The position numbers and the translations under genes were made by a program. From contig CAJINV010000011.1 of assembly GCA_905178155.1 (NCBI GenBank), positions 3,239,380 to 3,303,379 on the forward strand: 64,000 nt of DNA, written 5' to 3'. Shown here piece by piece: positions 1 to 12,169 of the stretch. Origin of the DNA: Amoebophrya sp. A120 (taxonomy: Eukaryota; Protista; Dinoflagellata). Position 1 is the stretch's first letter; every line of letters starts with the position of its first letter. Under the pieces are notes generated by a model that did not search any database, was not told the DNA's origin, and saw nothing but the letters and a program-made list of their open reading frames with translations.

Positions 1-436
1 CGACAGCGTCATGATGACGGCCTGCGCGGACAAGGTGATTCTGTTCACGGGGACCCCGGGGAGAAAAGCAAATGCCAGCACGCCGATGAACTTGGTGGAC
101 GGGTTTAACGCGTTTTTGAAGGAAATGAACGTCACCTTCCGTCGCGACCCCGTGAACCTGCGCCCGCGGATTAACAAACCCGGCAGCGTCAAGGACCGCG
201 AGCAGCTATGCCTTTGCAAAAACATCGTAACGGTGGTGGTACAAATTGCAGTCATGTGCATGACAAATTAATGTGGTATTTGAAGCTGGCTCAGCATTAC
301 AAATCCCAGGTTTTTTTTTTACTTGCCAAATTATTCTGTCATGCTCTTTCTACTAGCAACTACGATGTACTTTTTCAGTGCATAGCAGAAGGCCAGCGGG
401 AATTTCTACGAGTTCGACCCCGACGAAGAACACTAG
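1..436 (+). CDS. ABCE1: ABCE1/RLI1 ribosome recycling ATPase, 3' end (split by introner 207-384)
   Basis: FLKEMNVTFRRDPVNLRPRINKPGSVKDREQ joined to KASGNFYEFDPDEEH* matches the ABCE1 C-terminal motif (TFRRD..N.RPRINK..S.KD.EQK..G.Y/F) once 183 nt are removed; stop TAG at 434-436. Confidence 0.9.
207..384. mobile_element. Introner, family D
   Basis: Ends tatgc...gcata; DR gcagc/gcaga; removal restores ABCE1. Confidence 0.85.
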
Positions 437-785
437 GGCCTGCCTGGCGATGCTGCACTGCTGCGAACGGTGGAAATTTGTCCGAGGAAACCAGACGGCG
501 AGGGCGGCTACGGGAATGACGAGGACGACGCGGGTGACGGGGACGACGACGATGAGGACGACGCCGATGAGGGCGACGCCGATGAGGACGACACGGAGTA
601 GGACGACCAGGACAACACCGAGGATGATTGAGGGTGAGTGCAATAATTTACAGATGCAAAAGAGGTGCAAGAGTATGCGCATCAAAACCGCAAGTAGAAG
701 AGGATGTTGTGAAAAAGCATTGCTGGAAGGTGATTGATAGGAGACCAGATGGTGAAAACAAAACTCGGGATAGTTCAGCAACTGC

Positions 786-1064
786 ATGCTGGAGCTGCGA
801 TTGATGAGGTTTTGTAGAAAAGGAACGGCTACAACTGCTAGTACCCACTTGAAACTTCGCCAGGTTGCTGTGATGTGGCTTGACAGCACGGAAATGAGAA
901 CTCTGTTTGCGAACGCGCAACAATCAAAATGGGATAGTCCCGCTTCAGATAAAGTATTGCAAGAATTTTTGGAAGGCGCGATATCTAAATTCGAATGCAG
1001 TTATCGAGAAGCGTGCACAGGAAAAACACTGCTCACGAGTTTTGTTCTCGGTCGTGGCGTCTAG
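786..1064 (+). pseudogene. Possible decayed fragment of the F-box/LRR family
   Basis: ORF ends KTLLTSFVLGRGV*, resembling ASFLTAIVLGRGV in copy 1 (1605-2972). Confidence 0.3.
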
Positions 1065-1604
1065 CGATATCAAGTAGGCAGGTCGTGGATGAAAAATTTC
1101 TAGACTTAATAGTTGAATCGTGAATGGGTATACTCATCTTCTTCTTGTCCCTTGCTTTTAGGTTTAAATCGGGAGTGAGTCCCCTGGGGAAACGTTGGCC
1201 TGTGGCCGCGTACCTAGCTGATTGTATTGCTCGTCCATCGTTATTATGTGATAGTTCAAGTTTCACACTCACTAATATTGTGTCGTAGAAGTCGTGCTTC
1301 GGGTTCGGGTGTCAATCGCTGATGTTTTTTTTTGCGTTCGCGGGATTAATTATTGTTCGCCTTCCACATATCGTGTTTTGAGGAATGTTTTTTGCACGCA
1401 AGAGCCTCGGGTTGTGTAGAAATCGTTTTGGGATCAGGAATTTCTGAATTGATTTGGATGACTAGCATAAAGCCAGCCAGTGATCATAAGCGCAATCTGA
1501 AATTATTGATACCTACCACAGAGTCAAAAGTTGTTTGCAATTATCGGTTTTTTTTTTCAGCACAAATCACTTCGGGCAGTCTTTCAGGGAAGTAGCAGTA
1601 GAAA

Positions 1605-2972
1605 ATGTCGGCTGACGCGCTTCTAGGGTGGCTGCAAACACCGGAAGGCCCTGGCGATGACATACTTGAGTTCTTGACGAACTACGATCTTCATCAACTG
1701 GGGCAAGTTTGCCGCGAAGCGCACGCAGCGGTTCGCAGGGACGGAAAGCTGCGTTGTCGCAACGTAGTGATCAACTTCTCTTGCAAGAAAACTGGCGCAA
1801 TTGGTGGAACTCGAGAAGATCCAGACGATCTCACCCTAAGCGCCCAGCCCCGGGATGATCTCACAACATTGCTAAGGCACGACCTGGCAGATGTGAAGAC
1901 GCTGCGGATTGAGGTGCATGCAAAGATTCCGAAGTGTGGGGCGCCACATATTGTCATCGATCCGATCCTTCCGCAGATAGCTTCTCTGTTGACCGCGACC
2001 ACGCATCTGCAGCACTTCGTCCTGATTGTCCTCGATGTGGCCCCGGAGGGGAGTCGATACGCTGACCCCGACCACTGGTTCCTGTACCAGAACCCGGTGG
2101 CACCAGCGCACCTCGATTCTCTCTTGAAGTTTCAGACAGCCTTGTCCGATTTAAAGAGCCTGGAAGTGCTGAGTATTCCCAGCGCCGTCGCCGTTTCGAG
2201 CCTCACTTTTCGCCCGGGGCCCGGTCTGAGCACGCAGCTACCCAAATTGAGTCAGCTGCACGTCACGGGCTTTCTCAGTGCAAAGAAGGTCACGCGCGCT
2301 TCATTTCTGACTGCGATCGTTTTGGGACGGGGTGTCGGGGCACGGGCTCCAAGCCTCACCACGGTCTCGCTAGAAGGGTTCGACTGTGTCGCCGGTTCTG
2401 GAGACCACTTCCCAGCGCTTTGGCAGCAAGTGGCCGGCTCGTCGCTGCGGAGACTATCTGTTCGCGTCAATCAGTCAGCGGATTTGCAAGAAGACTTCTG
2501 CCAGCGCCTCCGGCAAGCGGACTGGTTCTGGTCGTGCTGCAGCGGTGTCACCCACCTCGAGTTAGACTTCCCGCCCAATGCGCCGGACTTATCGAAGCGT
2601 TTCCCAAGCCTGCAGGCGTTGCACCTGACTGGTTTTCGACGCGAAACTCCCCTCAAGAAGTGTTACCGTCCCAAAGTTGTGGAGCTGCTGAAGACGTTTG
2701 ACTTCACCAAGCGGCGGCTGGTGCTTCACGATACGGAACTTTTCGCAGCCGAGCTCGGTGCGATGTCGATCATCCTGTCGCCATCTGTGGACACAGCGTC
2801 GGACCACGAGACGCTGCTGCACAGGGAGCAGTTGCGGAAAAAGCTCGAAGAGATAATGAATGATGCGAAGCTTTTCAATTCGAAAACAACTTGGTGCAAA
2901 ATCGCGACTGGTCTGCCGCTTTGTTGGCTTACGGAGCGTGATATTTCGGCCGGACGAAAAAAGTCAAAGTGA
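1605..2972 (+). CDS. F-box-like/LRR-like protein, tandem copy 1
   Basis: 455 aa intronless ORF; N-terminal PEGPGDDILEFL..DLHQLGQVCR, central ADWFWSCC, C-terminal TGLPLC shared with neighbours. Confidence 0.8.
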   Translation: MSADALLGWLQTPEGPGDDILEFLTNYDLHQLGQVCREAHAAVRRDGKLRCRNVVINFSCKKTGAIGGTREDPDDLTLSAQPRDDLTTLLRHDLADVKTLRIEVHAKIPKCGAPHIVIDPILPQIASLLTATTHLQHFVLIVLDVAPEGSRYADPDHWFLYQNPVAPAHLDSLLKFQTALSDLKSLEVLSIPSAVAVSSLTFRPGPGLSTQLPKLSQLHVTGFLSAKKVTRASFLTAIVLGRGVGARAPSLTTVSLEGFDCVAGSGDHFPALWQQVAGSSLRRLSVRVNQSADLQEDFCQRLRQADWFWSCCSGVTHLELDFPPNAPDLSKRFPSLQALHLTGFRRETPLKKCYRPKVVELLKTFDFTKRRLVLHDTELFAAELGAMSIILSPSVDTASDHETLLHREQLRKKLEEIMNDAKLFNSKTTWCKIATGLPLCWLTERDISAGRKKSK

Positions 2973-3465
2973 TAAGTTGTTGAGACTGACGTTCAAATTT
3001 TTGCGCGGTTAGTTTCCAGGCGGCGCAGACTGCATGCCCGAAGTTGTACTCAGGAGCAAAGCGCTTATGTTTTGCGTTCGCAGTTATAGTCCAGGTCTGT
3101 GCGGCTGCGGACCTGCTTCGTGATCCAATGCTGGCGCTCTGTTCAGTAAGAAATCCAAATGCCAAGACTTCATCAGCGACGAAACAGAATATCATGAAAA
3201 CGGGCTGTGGCAATCTACGTAGCCGAGCTTAGGCATAGAGTTGCAAAACTCTAAGATTTTAACTTTGATCACGACCGTATGAGTATGCTGTGTAGGAGGA
3301 GCTAAGAAAGGGAAAGAATAAAAGAGCAGTGCCGACCGTTAAACCAAAGCAAGCCCGTAAGTAGTTTTTCATATAAAGACAACTCTCTCTCTCTCTCTCT
3401 TTCTCACTTTCACACTAACAGTAACACTCATGCAGCCTCAACCCTCTGAGTAGCATTTTTGTAAA

Positions 3466-4857
3466 ATGGCACACACAACGACAACACTTGTGGACCTCCT
3501 TGAAAAGTGCGGCCCAGGTCACGAGATTTTGAGTTTCTTGCACGGTGGTGAAGTTGCTGGGCTTGCTTGCGTCTCGAAGACGGCGCGCGCTGCCGTCTCC
3601 CGGGATGATGGCACGCTGCGATGTGATCACCTGGTAATCCGGTTCGGGTGTAAGGCGCGGATGGACGACTTTGGCAGTTTCATGATTGCCCAGCGACGCG
3701 ACCTGGGGCACATATTCACGCGTGTCGATTTGCGGGGCGTTCAATCATTACTCGTTGAGGTTCGGGCGGACTACGGAGAACACCCGGAAGAGCCGCCAGT
3801 TGTCATTGATCACATCATTCCAGACATTCTTCCCTTGATGTGCGGGCAAAAGCTGAGACAGTTCGGCATGATCGTGCTCGATATAACTCCGATACCGCGT
3901 CGAGCCAGCGTCCCTGAAAATTGGAGAAGGCAGGAGGACCCGGAGCCCTGTGAGCAGTCAGCATTCACTCGCTTCGCGCGCGCCTTGTCGTCGCTGAGGG
4001 GGTCTCTGGAGGTGCTGCACCTGCCCGGCTGCTTGGCAGAGCAGAGCATTGACCTCCCTCCGGACGTCATCGTGCGCATGCGCAAGTTGAGGGAGTTACA
4101 CATCACGAGCGTTTTCGATTTTGGACGTGTTTCTTCTGATTCCCTTTTGAGTGCTGTCCTTCCGGAGCCCGCTGGCGCTACCGGTCCCCGCGGCCTCGCT
4201 GTATTTTCCTGTCGTGGGTTCAGGGTCGGAAATTGGACAGCGTTTCAAACAGGAATGTCGGGTAAACACACGGAAATTTGGAGGAAGATCGCGACACCCT
4301 CGTTGCGAAAACTTTCCTTCCGTATTATTTGGAGCACCGCACAGAATTACTACGACGACGTTATCAAGAAAGCCACTTGGTTCTGGCGCTGTTGCGAGAA
4401 CGTTACGAGCCTTGAGGTTGACATCGTGCCATGCGACGAAGTGCTTGCGCTTCTTCCCAACTTACGTTCGCTGACCCTTGCCGGTAGGGACTGGCTGGGG
4501 GGTGATGATTACAGAGAGAATAACGCCCGTGGATCGTTCGTCAACCTAGTACGCAACTTCAACTTCCGCAAATGTGCGCTGGTCCTCCACCGTGTCGAGC
4601 TCTCTCACCTTGAGTTCGGCATTCTATTCGGAATCTTAACGGGCGTGTACAAGGAGATTGTCGAACACGAGGAAAACAGCGCAGCAGCGTCGCCGTTTCT
4701 GCACAACAGGAAGCTCTGGAAAGTGCTGTCCGATATATTAGACCAACAAACGGAGCAGGACCCGCCCAGGGAGGCCAAGATGATTGCGGTCACAAGTGGC
4801 CCGCCCTTGTGCCCCATGGTTGAGATGGAGGTTAATTCAGAAGAACAAGAAAAATAA
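3466..4857 (+). CDS. F-box-like/LRR-like protein, tandem copy 2
   Basis: 463 aa; GPGHEILSFLHGGEVAGLACVSK ... WFWRCC ... TSGPPLCPM. Confidence 0.85.
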   Translation: MAHTTTTLVDLLEKCGPGHEILSFLHGGEVAGLACVSKTARAAVSRDDGTLRCDHLVIRFGCKARMDDFGSFMIAQRRDLGHIFTRVDLRGVQSLLVEVRADYGEHPEEPPVVIDHIIPDILPLMCGQKLRQFGMIVLDITPIPRRASVPENWRRQEDPEPCEQSAFTRFARALSSLRGSLEVLHLPGCLAEQSIDLPPDVIVRMRKLRELHITSVFDFGRVSSDSLLSAVLPEPAGATGPRGLAVFSCRGFRVGNWTAFQTGMSGKHTEIWRKIATPSLRKLSFRIIWSTAQNYYDDVIKKATWFWRCCENVTSLEVDIVPCDEVLALLPNLRSLTLAGRDWLGGDDYRENNARGSFVNLVRNFNFRKCALVLHRVELSHLEFGILFGILTGVYKEIVEHEENSAAASPFLHNRKLWKVLSDILDQQTEQDPPREAKMIAVTSGPPLCPMVEMEVNSEEQEK

Positions 4858-5311
4858 ATCTGGTAAGCAGTAAAGTGGGCGTAAGCACTTGCAAGAACAG
4901 AAGGGAGCTGTATTTGGACGACTGAGAGCTCAGCAGGATGAATCCGCTTGGAACGAACGCACGCAATAAAGGTGGGCGCATTTGCTTGTATAACCGGTGT
5001 TCTTGTTCGTCGGATCATCCGACGAAAATGTCTACCAAGAAGCAAATCGACGCTGTTTTGAACTGCTGAGGGACATGCTCTCATGTAGTCGAGACCGAAG
5101 CAATTTTCTCGAAGCCTGGATAATGTGGCTTAATCACGTACTTACTCAGATGCCAGGAAATCACGCTTCGCGAGCATTTGGTTCATTTTTCAGAAAGTTT
5201 TGTCTGTGCAATCTTGTTAGAGTCGTGATAAAACCATCGCTGACAGCACCTTGTTTCCGCAAACGAGCTAAACGGGTCTGACGCTTTCACTTTTATACAG
5301 GAACTTCTAAA

Positions 5312-6700
5312 ATGGCGCACACGCTCATCGATCTGCTGGGAACGCCGGGTCCGGGGGACGAGATTCTTGGCTTCCTCCACGGTGGCGAAGTGGCACGGCT
5401 TGCGTGCGTGTCGAAAACCACACGCGAGGCGGTTGCGCGGAAGGACGGAAAGTTGCGCTGTCGCAACTTGCTGCTGCAATTCGACTGCGAAGGGTCTCCG
5501 TATGACAAGCCAGAAGTGCGGCGCCGCGACCTAGGACACATTTTCGCGCGAATGGACACGCAGGGGCTTCAGTCGCTACTGGTGGAAGTGCGGGCGAGGC
5601 CCGCGGATCCGGATGAGGACCGGTTCCCGCCAATAATCATCGACCCGCTGCTGGGACATATCCAGTCGTTACTGGGTCCAGCATTGCGTGAATTCGGCCT
5701 GATCTTAATGTACGTGCATGATGATGATGATAGTGATGATGATGATAGTAACGATGATGCACCGGTGCCTGATCTCTACCACGACTGCGCGGCCCCGGAA
5801 AAAGCCACGCTCAATCATTTTGCGCGGTCTCTGGTGCTGCTGCCGCGACTAGAAAACGTCTTCTTACCTACGACATTAGCGCTGCAGCCGATTTATTTTC
5901 CCCCCGGAGTTTCCGCACGCGTGCCGACCTTGCGGGGAGTGCACCTGATGAGCGAGCTCAACCTTCTCGACGCCACTCATGAATCGCTGCTGTGTAGGAT
6001 GCTTGCAATAACCGAAGAGAACTCCGAGCGGAACACTAGTGAGACCGAGGCGTCGACGACGTCCTCGGCTGATGGAGGCGGGATTGGGATCAGCAACCTC
6101 AAGGCTTTCTCCTGTCGGGGGGTCGACTGTAGCAGAATTCAACAGCTTGAAAACATGAAGTCCGACGCTGGAGGCGCACTGCTGTGGAAAAAGTTGACCG
6201 GGCCTTCCTTGCGAAAGCTATCGCTGTTCGCTTACAGTAGCAATGCTTCGAGGCTCTGGTCCGTAGGTTGGATGTGGGTCTGCTGTCCCCGGCTTGCACA
6301 TTTGGAAGTGGATTTCGTACCCCTGAACTGCGAGTGCGACTACCTGAAACGCTTCCCGAAGCTCGAGTCTCTCTCGCTTCGCGACCTGGATTACGATAAG
6401 TCCCAGTGTGGCCGTGCATCGCTGTTGAAACTCCTAACAGAGTTCGACTTTGACGAGCGGCGGCTGGTTTTTAGTTTGGCGAAGTTATCCGTTTTGGAAA
6501 TCGGGGTGCTCTACGGCAGAGCGAGTGTCCGTCCGTCGCCTGCTCCTACACGGAGAAAGAATACCTACTCGCTCCGGAAGGCGGTTCAGGCTTTTTTCAC
6601 TTCAGAGGAAAATAGCATCGACACATCTACCTACGTCCTGACGAGTGGCCCGCCACTACTGCCAATGATTCCTCACGAAGTTACAATGGAAGATTATTGA
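5312..6700 (+). CDS. F-box-like/LRR-like protein, tandem copy 3
   Basis: 462 aa; PGPGDEILGFLHGGEVARLACVSK ... TSGPPLLPM. Confidence 0.85.
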   Translation: MAHTLIDLLGTPGPGDEILGFLHGGEVARLACVSKTTREAVARKDGKLRCRNLLLQFDCEGSPYDKPEVRRRDLGHIFARMDTQGLQSLLVEVRARPADPDEDRFPPIIIDPLLGHIQSLLGPALREFGLILMYVHDDDDSDDDDSNDDAPVPDLYHDCAAPEKATLNHFARSLVLLPRLENVFLPTTLALQPIYFPPGVSARVPTLRGVHLMSELNLLDATHESLLCRMLAITEENSERNTSETEASTTSSADGGGIGISNLKAFSCRGVDCSRIQQLENMKSDAGGALLWKKLTGPSLRKLSLFAYSSNASRLWSVGWMWVCCPRLAHLEVDFVPLNCECDYLKRFPKLESLSLRDLDYDKSQCGRASLLKLLTEFDFDERRLVFSLAKLSVLEIGVLYGRASVRPSPAPTRRKNTYSLRKAVQAFFTSEENSIDTSTYVLTSGPPLLPMIPHEVTMEDY

Positions 6701-7333
6701 AGTACGTCGATCGATCATCTTCTTTGCACGGACCTCCTGTCCGGGAATCTAATGTCGCTGTCATGTTTGCTCTCATCAGAGTTACGCTTAAAAAAGTAGT
6801 CGTGTCCTTCGTGGATGTTGTGTGTGCTTTCCGAATGAATCCATTGAGCCGAGATCTTCTGGTACAAGAAGCCACTGCCGAAGTATTGGCGCGAGTCAGG
6901 AGGCCTTCACATCATGGGGGCGGTGGATCCATGTGCTGTTTTCGATGCTCCTTCCCTTTCAAAGGATCGACCTCCGTTCATATTGGACGAGACTCGATGC
7001 GATCTTGGCACCGCGTTCCAAAATGTGGGCAGTTTAGTAGATTCTGGCGTTGGAGATGAAATTAGTACTGGCTGCTTTCTGTTCCTTAGTATATCCTGGC
7101 GCTAAGTTAATACTGCTTTCTGTTGTTCCCGACCCTGTGGCTGAAAGATATACGTCGAACTACCACGTGAGTTGTCTTTGATGCTCCATATAGGCGAGAG
7201 CAGCGGCAGGAAGTAGTTGCAGATGCAGTAGAACAGCGGCACTCTAGACGGAAGAAGGCAATCTCACCTCATAACTTACTTTCACACGATTCTTCACACA
7301 TTTGCGTCGTATCTTTAGAACAGAACAAAAATC

Positions 7334-8698
7334 ATGGCGCCACAACACACTCTTGCCACCCTTCTCGAAACTCCCGGACCCGGTGATGAGGTCCTGAGCT
7401 TTCTCCACGGTGCCGAGGTTGCTGGTCTCGCCTGCGTGTCGAAGGAGACGCGCAAAGCCGTCTCGCGGAAAGACGGCAAGCTGCGGTGCGTGAACTTAGT
7501 GGTACGCTTCAAGTGCGCTGAGGAAGATGATGGAGCTACGCTTGTGGCGCAGCGCCGCGCCCTTGGGCACGTGTTCGCGCGAATGGATATCAATGCGGTC
7601 AGATCGCTCCTTGTCGAGGTCCGTACAGACTTCACGGAAAAAACCCGCAGAGTTCGCGCCGACCAGATCCTCGACCAAATTCAGTCGCTGATGGGGCCGA
7701 GGTTGCGGGAGTTTGGGTTGATGGTCGTGAAGAGCGCGAAACTGGATACAGATGAGCACGAGGGTGAAAGCATCTATGTTGACCCGGAGACTGCGGAGAG
7801 GGAGCCCTTCCAGCACTTTGCGCGGTCACTCGTCTCGCTCTCGCAGCTCGAAGTGCTTTACCTCCCCGGCTCTTGGGCATGCCACTCTGTTGATTTTCCT
7901 TCCGGTGTCGACGCGCGGCTGCCCGGGCTGAAGGAGTTGCACATCACCAGTTTCTTCGATTTTCACGAGATTACCTCCGCGTCCCTGGTATGTGCAGTCC
8001 TTGGACAGACACAGACCGCGGGCAATGGAACAGCTTCTGAACCCCTTCCGCCTCCGGGCTCGTCCGACTGTTGCGGCCTCGCGGTTTTTTCCTGCCGGGC
8101 GTTGTCGTGCCAAAATATTAAAATGCGCGAAGCTCTGCCAGCTGTTGGGGCGAGGCTCTGGGAGAAATGTATCGCACCGTCGCTTCAAAAGCTCTCTCTC
8201 CGCGCGAACTGGGATGGGGACGACCTCATGGAGGCGGATTGGTTCTGGGGATGCTGCAAGGCCGTGATGCATCTCGAAGTAGACTTTTTGTCGGACGATG
8301 GAGGTGAAAATTTTTTCGGTGGGCGCAACTTTCCCGCGTTGAAGTCGCTGACACTTGCCGACCTGCAATACGCTAGCGACAATTGGGTTCGAACGGGGCT
8401 GTTAGAAGTTTTAGAGACGTTGAATTTTTCCAAGCAACAACTGGTTTTCTACAACGCGACAATATCGGCGGTCGAACTCGGGTCGATGTACGCCCGTATG
8501 CACTGGGCGCCCCCCTCGCGAAAAGGATCAGCGTCGCTCCACAACTGGAAGCTGCGGGAGAAATTAGGGGACATCGTGATGGGCGACGACGATATTCATT
8601 CAAGCCCCATTACTACGACAACCCCCAAGATTACGACCGGTCCACCGCTTTGCCCTATGTTGGAAATTGAAGCTACTGCCCACAGGATGAAAAATTGA
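7334..8698 (+). CDS. F-box-like/LRR-like protein, tandem copy 4
   Basis: 454 aa; PGPGDEVLSFLHGAEVAGLACVSK ... TTGPPLCPM. Confidence 0.85.
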   Translation: MAPQHTLATLLETPGPGDEVLSFLHGAEVAGLACVSKETRKAVSRKDGKLRCVNLVVRFKCAEEDDGATLVAQRRALGHVFARMDINAVRSLLVEVRTDFTEKTRRVRADQILDQIQSLMGPRLREFGLMVVKSAKLDTDEHEGESIYVDPETAEREPFQHFARSLVSLSQLEVLYLPGSWACHSVDFPSGVDARLPGLKELHITSFFDFHEITSASLVCAVLGQTQTAGNGTASEPLPPPGSSDCCGLAVFSCRALSCQNIKMREALPAVGARLWEKCIAPSLQKLSLRANWDGDDLMEADWFWGCCKAVMHLEVDFLSDDGGENFFGGRNFPALKSLTLADLQYASDNWVRTGLLEVLETLNFSKQQLVFYNATISAVELGSMYARMHWAPPSRKGSASLHNWKLREKLGDIVMGDDDIHSSPITTTTPKITTGPPLCPMLEIEATAHRMKN

Positions 8699-9310
8699 TC
8701 GAGTTGCAGATCCTCATAGCCTTCTCGCGCCCACGGTTCCCGATGTACGTACTGCAAGACTGATTGCCAAGTGCAGATTCCTTTTACATATTCGAAAGAT
8801 CCAGCTACCGCCCTAGTGGTCGCTTTGTCGAGCTACGAAGCGCGCCGGCTGGCAGTGTAGCGTGTCAAAAAAGATATGAAATGTTTTCGACCGCACAGAA
8901 AAGGAAGCGAGGCCATTGAGGTTATTGAGCGATATAAAAACGCTGTTTCGAATGCCGCAATAGCCTCGCCCACGAGCTTTGTTCGTCGTCGCCTTAATAG
9001 TGAGGGTTTGTGGTTGGCACAGGCCGTTCTTTGCGCTGCATTGCAAAAAGCTTGAATGAGTTTGCGCATTGTGCACCATCGTCTGACGTCGAAGATAAAG
9101 AGCCTTGTCTTACAACGAATGACCAATCAATCTACATTGCACGGCCTTATGCTAAAACACGAGCGAAAACTCCGAAAAGCAAAAATCTTCTCTCATGTAA
9201 ATGACCAATCAATCAATCTTGTTCTTTAGTTTCAGTGACGGCGCTAAGCGTATTTATAGTGAAGTGGGATTGTTAACAGCACTTGTCATAATTCCCGCAG
9301 CCATCAAGTC

Positions 9311-10720
9311 ATGACATCGCAGCACACCCTCGTAGCTCTCCTGGAAACCTCCGGCCCCAGCGATGAGGTGCTGAGCTTTCTCCACGGTGGGGATATTGCA
9401 GGCCTGGCCTGCGTGTCAAAGCAGACCCGCAAAGCCGTGCAGCGCGAGGACGGAAAGCTGAAGTGCATCAATTTGGTGATCCGCTTCAAGTGCGATGAGG
9501 TTCCAGGCTCATATGACCTCACCGCCCAGACCCGGGACTTAGGGCATATTTTTGCACGTGTCGACGTCCGGGCGGTGAAGACCTTGTTTGTCGAAGTGCA
9601 CGCAAAGTTTGTCGGCCCCGGAACTGCTGAAGAAAATGCACTTGACGTGAATATCGACCCAATTTTGCCCCAGGTCCAGTCTTTGATGTTTCCAGAAGTG
9701 CAGCACTTCGGCCTGGCTGTTTACGACGTAACGCCAGCGGGCACGCTGGGCTATGAGGATCTCGGTATGTATCTGGACCCTGAAAGGTGCGACGAGTCTG
9801 TTTTCAATCGGTTTGCGCGATCGCTGGTCGCCTTACGGAATTTGCGAACCCTTTTCCTTCCCGGAAAGATCGCAGAGCAGGGCATCAACTTCCCGGGTGG
9901 CGTCAGGACGCAGCTCCCCGAGTTACAGACGGTGCATATCATGAGCTACTTTAACCTCAGCGATGTTGATACAGATTCTCTGCTTCACGCTGTCCTTGCG
10001 GATGAGGAAGCGAGTACGGGCGACGAAACAGACGACCACGCGGTCGTCGGGAGTGCAGCCGCAGCCGGTGGAGTAACTGCGCAAGGCGGTCTTGTCGCTT
10101 TTTCCTGCTTCGACTTTGATATGGATGGCGTGCGGCGTCTAGCGCCTGACTCCGCGGGCGCAGCGCTTTGGAGGAAAGCGGTGGGGCCGTCTCTGCGAAA
10201 GCTCTCGCTGCGCGGGAACCTGGAGTTCTCCAATGAGGATGGGGACGAAGGGGAATTAAAGTGGTTCTGGTCTCGGTGTAGCAACGTAACGCACATCGAA
10301 TTGTCGGGGGCACCACCGAAAAAGTTTTGGCGGGAACGTCTCCCGAGCCTGCAGTCGATTACTTTTGCCGGCGCGGCTACGTGTGGCCGCAGGGCATTTC
10401 GACCCGACATCATAGGGGCTCTAATCAGCCTCGATTTGTCCAAAATTCGCCTGGCGTTTTACGACTTCGGCCTGGCTGCCATAGAGTTTGGTGCTTTACT
10501 CTATAAGGTGGCGCATGAAAACAAGCAAGGTCATGGCTGGGACGCGAAGAAGTGCAGCGCGTCTCCGCTTCTTCACAACAAGACATTGCTCCACAGACTT
10601 AATATGCTTGCGAAGTCAACGTACAACAAGCCCGACATGTTGAAATATAGGCTCACGAGTGGACCACCTTTGTGTCCTATGGCAGAACTGGAGGTTACTG
10701 CGGGAAGAGAAGCCGCGTGA
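9311..10720 (+). CDS. F-box-like/LRR-like protein, tandem copy 5
   Basis: 469 aa; GPSDEVLSFLHGGDIAGLACVSK ... TSGPPLCPM. Confidence 0.85.
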   Translation: MTSQHTLVALLETSGPSDEVLSFLHGGDIAGLACVSKQTRKAVQREDGKLKCINLVIRFKCDEVPGSYDLTAQTRDLGHIFARVDVRAVKTLFVEVHAKFVGPGTAEENALDVNIDPILPQVQSLMFPEVQHFGLAVYDVTPAGTLGYEDLGMYLDPERCDESVFNRFARSLVALRNLRTLFLPGKIAEQGINFPGGVRTQLPELQTVHIMSYFNLSDVDTDSLLHAVLADEEASTGDETDDHAVVGSAAAAGGVTAQGGLVAFSCFDFDMDGVRRLAPDSAGAALWRKAVGPSLRKLSLRGNLEFSNEDGDEGELKWFWSRCSNVTHIELSGAPPKKFWRERLPSLQSITFAGAATCGRRAFRPDIIGALISLDLSKIRLAFYDFGLAAIEFGALLYKVAHENKQGHGWDAKKCSASPLLHNKTLLHRLNMLAKSTYNKPDMLKYRLTSGPPLCPMAELEVTAGREAA

Positions 10721-12080
10721 TGTGTTTTACTTGGTGTGAAGAACGAGTCGCTGCACAGCCTTCAGGTGTTTTTTTCACGAGGATTGCAATAAGCTGTCTA
10801 ACAAGAATATGCGCGACCGCCACTCGCGAAAAGATACAAGGCTTCTGTTCAGTACTGCTGGTACATAAGTAGGACAACTTTGCTCATCAACTGCTTGGAC
10901 GACTTCATCGATCCTGATTTCAGTATGTGATCTTCTGGTCGAACGGTGGCACAGACCAAGCTGCGAAAAAAGAATGGCATTGGGAAAGCAAAAGCTGAGT
11001 CGTTGTGCTTTTGTCAGATGTTTCCGATTATCCTCCTCGTCCAACTCAATTAGAAACGCTCTGTGAACTAGATCTGGTGGACTTGAATGGGTCTGGAGCT
11101 CGACACAGTGATTCTTTTTCAGCGGATCATCGAGATTGAGATTTTGCGATATCTGATGAGAACACCGTTTTCCGAAGTCAGATCAGGTTGCTCGTTCTTG
11201 TGTCTAGCGTAGATGTCATCTTAGCGTTGGAACATCTGAGATAGATCCGCTTTTCCTACAATGCAGCTATCTGTGCTTCACACTTGTACTCAGTAGATAA
11301 ACCTGCAGCTGCTTCACTCAGCAAGACGATTAAAAAATCAGAACGGTACGCGCTGAGGCCCAGAAAAATCCATCGTAGCACCCTGATTGGGGTCAAACCT
11401 TGCGTATATACCCGGGCGCGGTGCCCTCGTGGCACGGCTTTTGTTACACTGCGAAACTATAAGGATTTCAGTAGCCTACGCGCGCCATACCATGCGGGTT
11501 GGCCCTTCAAAGTCTTCTGGTTTTTGCTTTTGTCTTTTACTCACGACTTTCCGGAATCCCGGGATTTCCCGAATCCCGGGATTTGTCGTGAAACTGGTGA
11601 AAATCGTGCAAAAGTTGCTTTGTTTTCTATGCTAATCGCGATGGTAGGACCTCTTTTGCACGAGTTTTTGCACCGTGCAAAAAATCGCGCAAAAGCGTAA
11701 CAATCGCGTCGCGAATCGCGGTGCTACGGGCCCTGTTTCCGGAGTTGCTTTGTCCTGGTTTTCCGCGATATTTCGCACAAGTCGCGCAGCCGATCGAATC
11801 ACGACGGCGCGGCGTTTTTTTCACGATGTGCCCCGCCGTAACACAAATCGGAACAAGCGCTGCGATTTTATCTCGAATCGCGATGGGACGCGCCGGCTTC
11901 CGACCGGAGTCGGTTTCCGTGGTTTGTCGGTCGCGACCGCCACGTTTGGGAATCGCGACCGGCACCGCGGCGCATGTGGGCAGTATTCCCCACCACACTG
12001 CCGGCCTTTGCCTGTCGCGCGGAATGTCTCGCGGGTTCTTGTGGTTGTCAATGCGCCACATACTGTTCGTTGTCGTTGTT

Positions 12081-12169
12081 TTGGTTGTCAATACGCCAGA
12101 ACGACAACGATACGCCAGAGCGACAACTCGCGACCCCGAGAGTTGTCGCTCTGGCGTATTGACAACCAA
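12081..12169. repeat. Nested perfect inverted repeats
   Basis: atacgccagagcgacaactc (12110-12129) pairs with gagttgtcgctctggcgtat (12140-12159); ttggttgtcaatacgccaga (12081-12100) pairs with 12150-12169. Confidence 0.85.
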
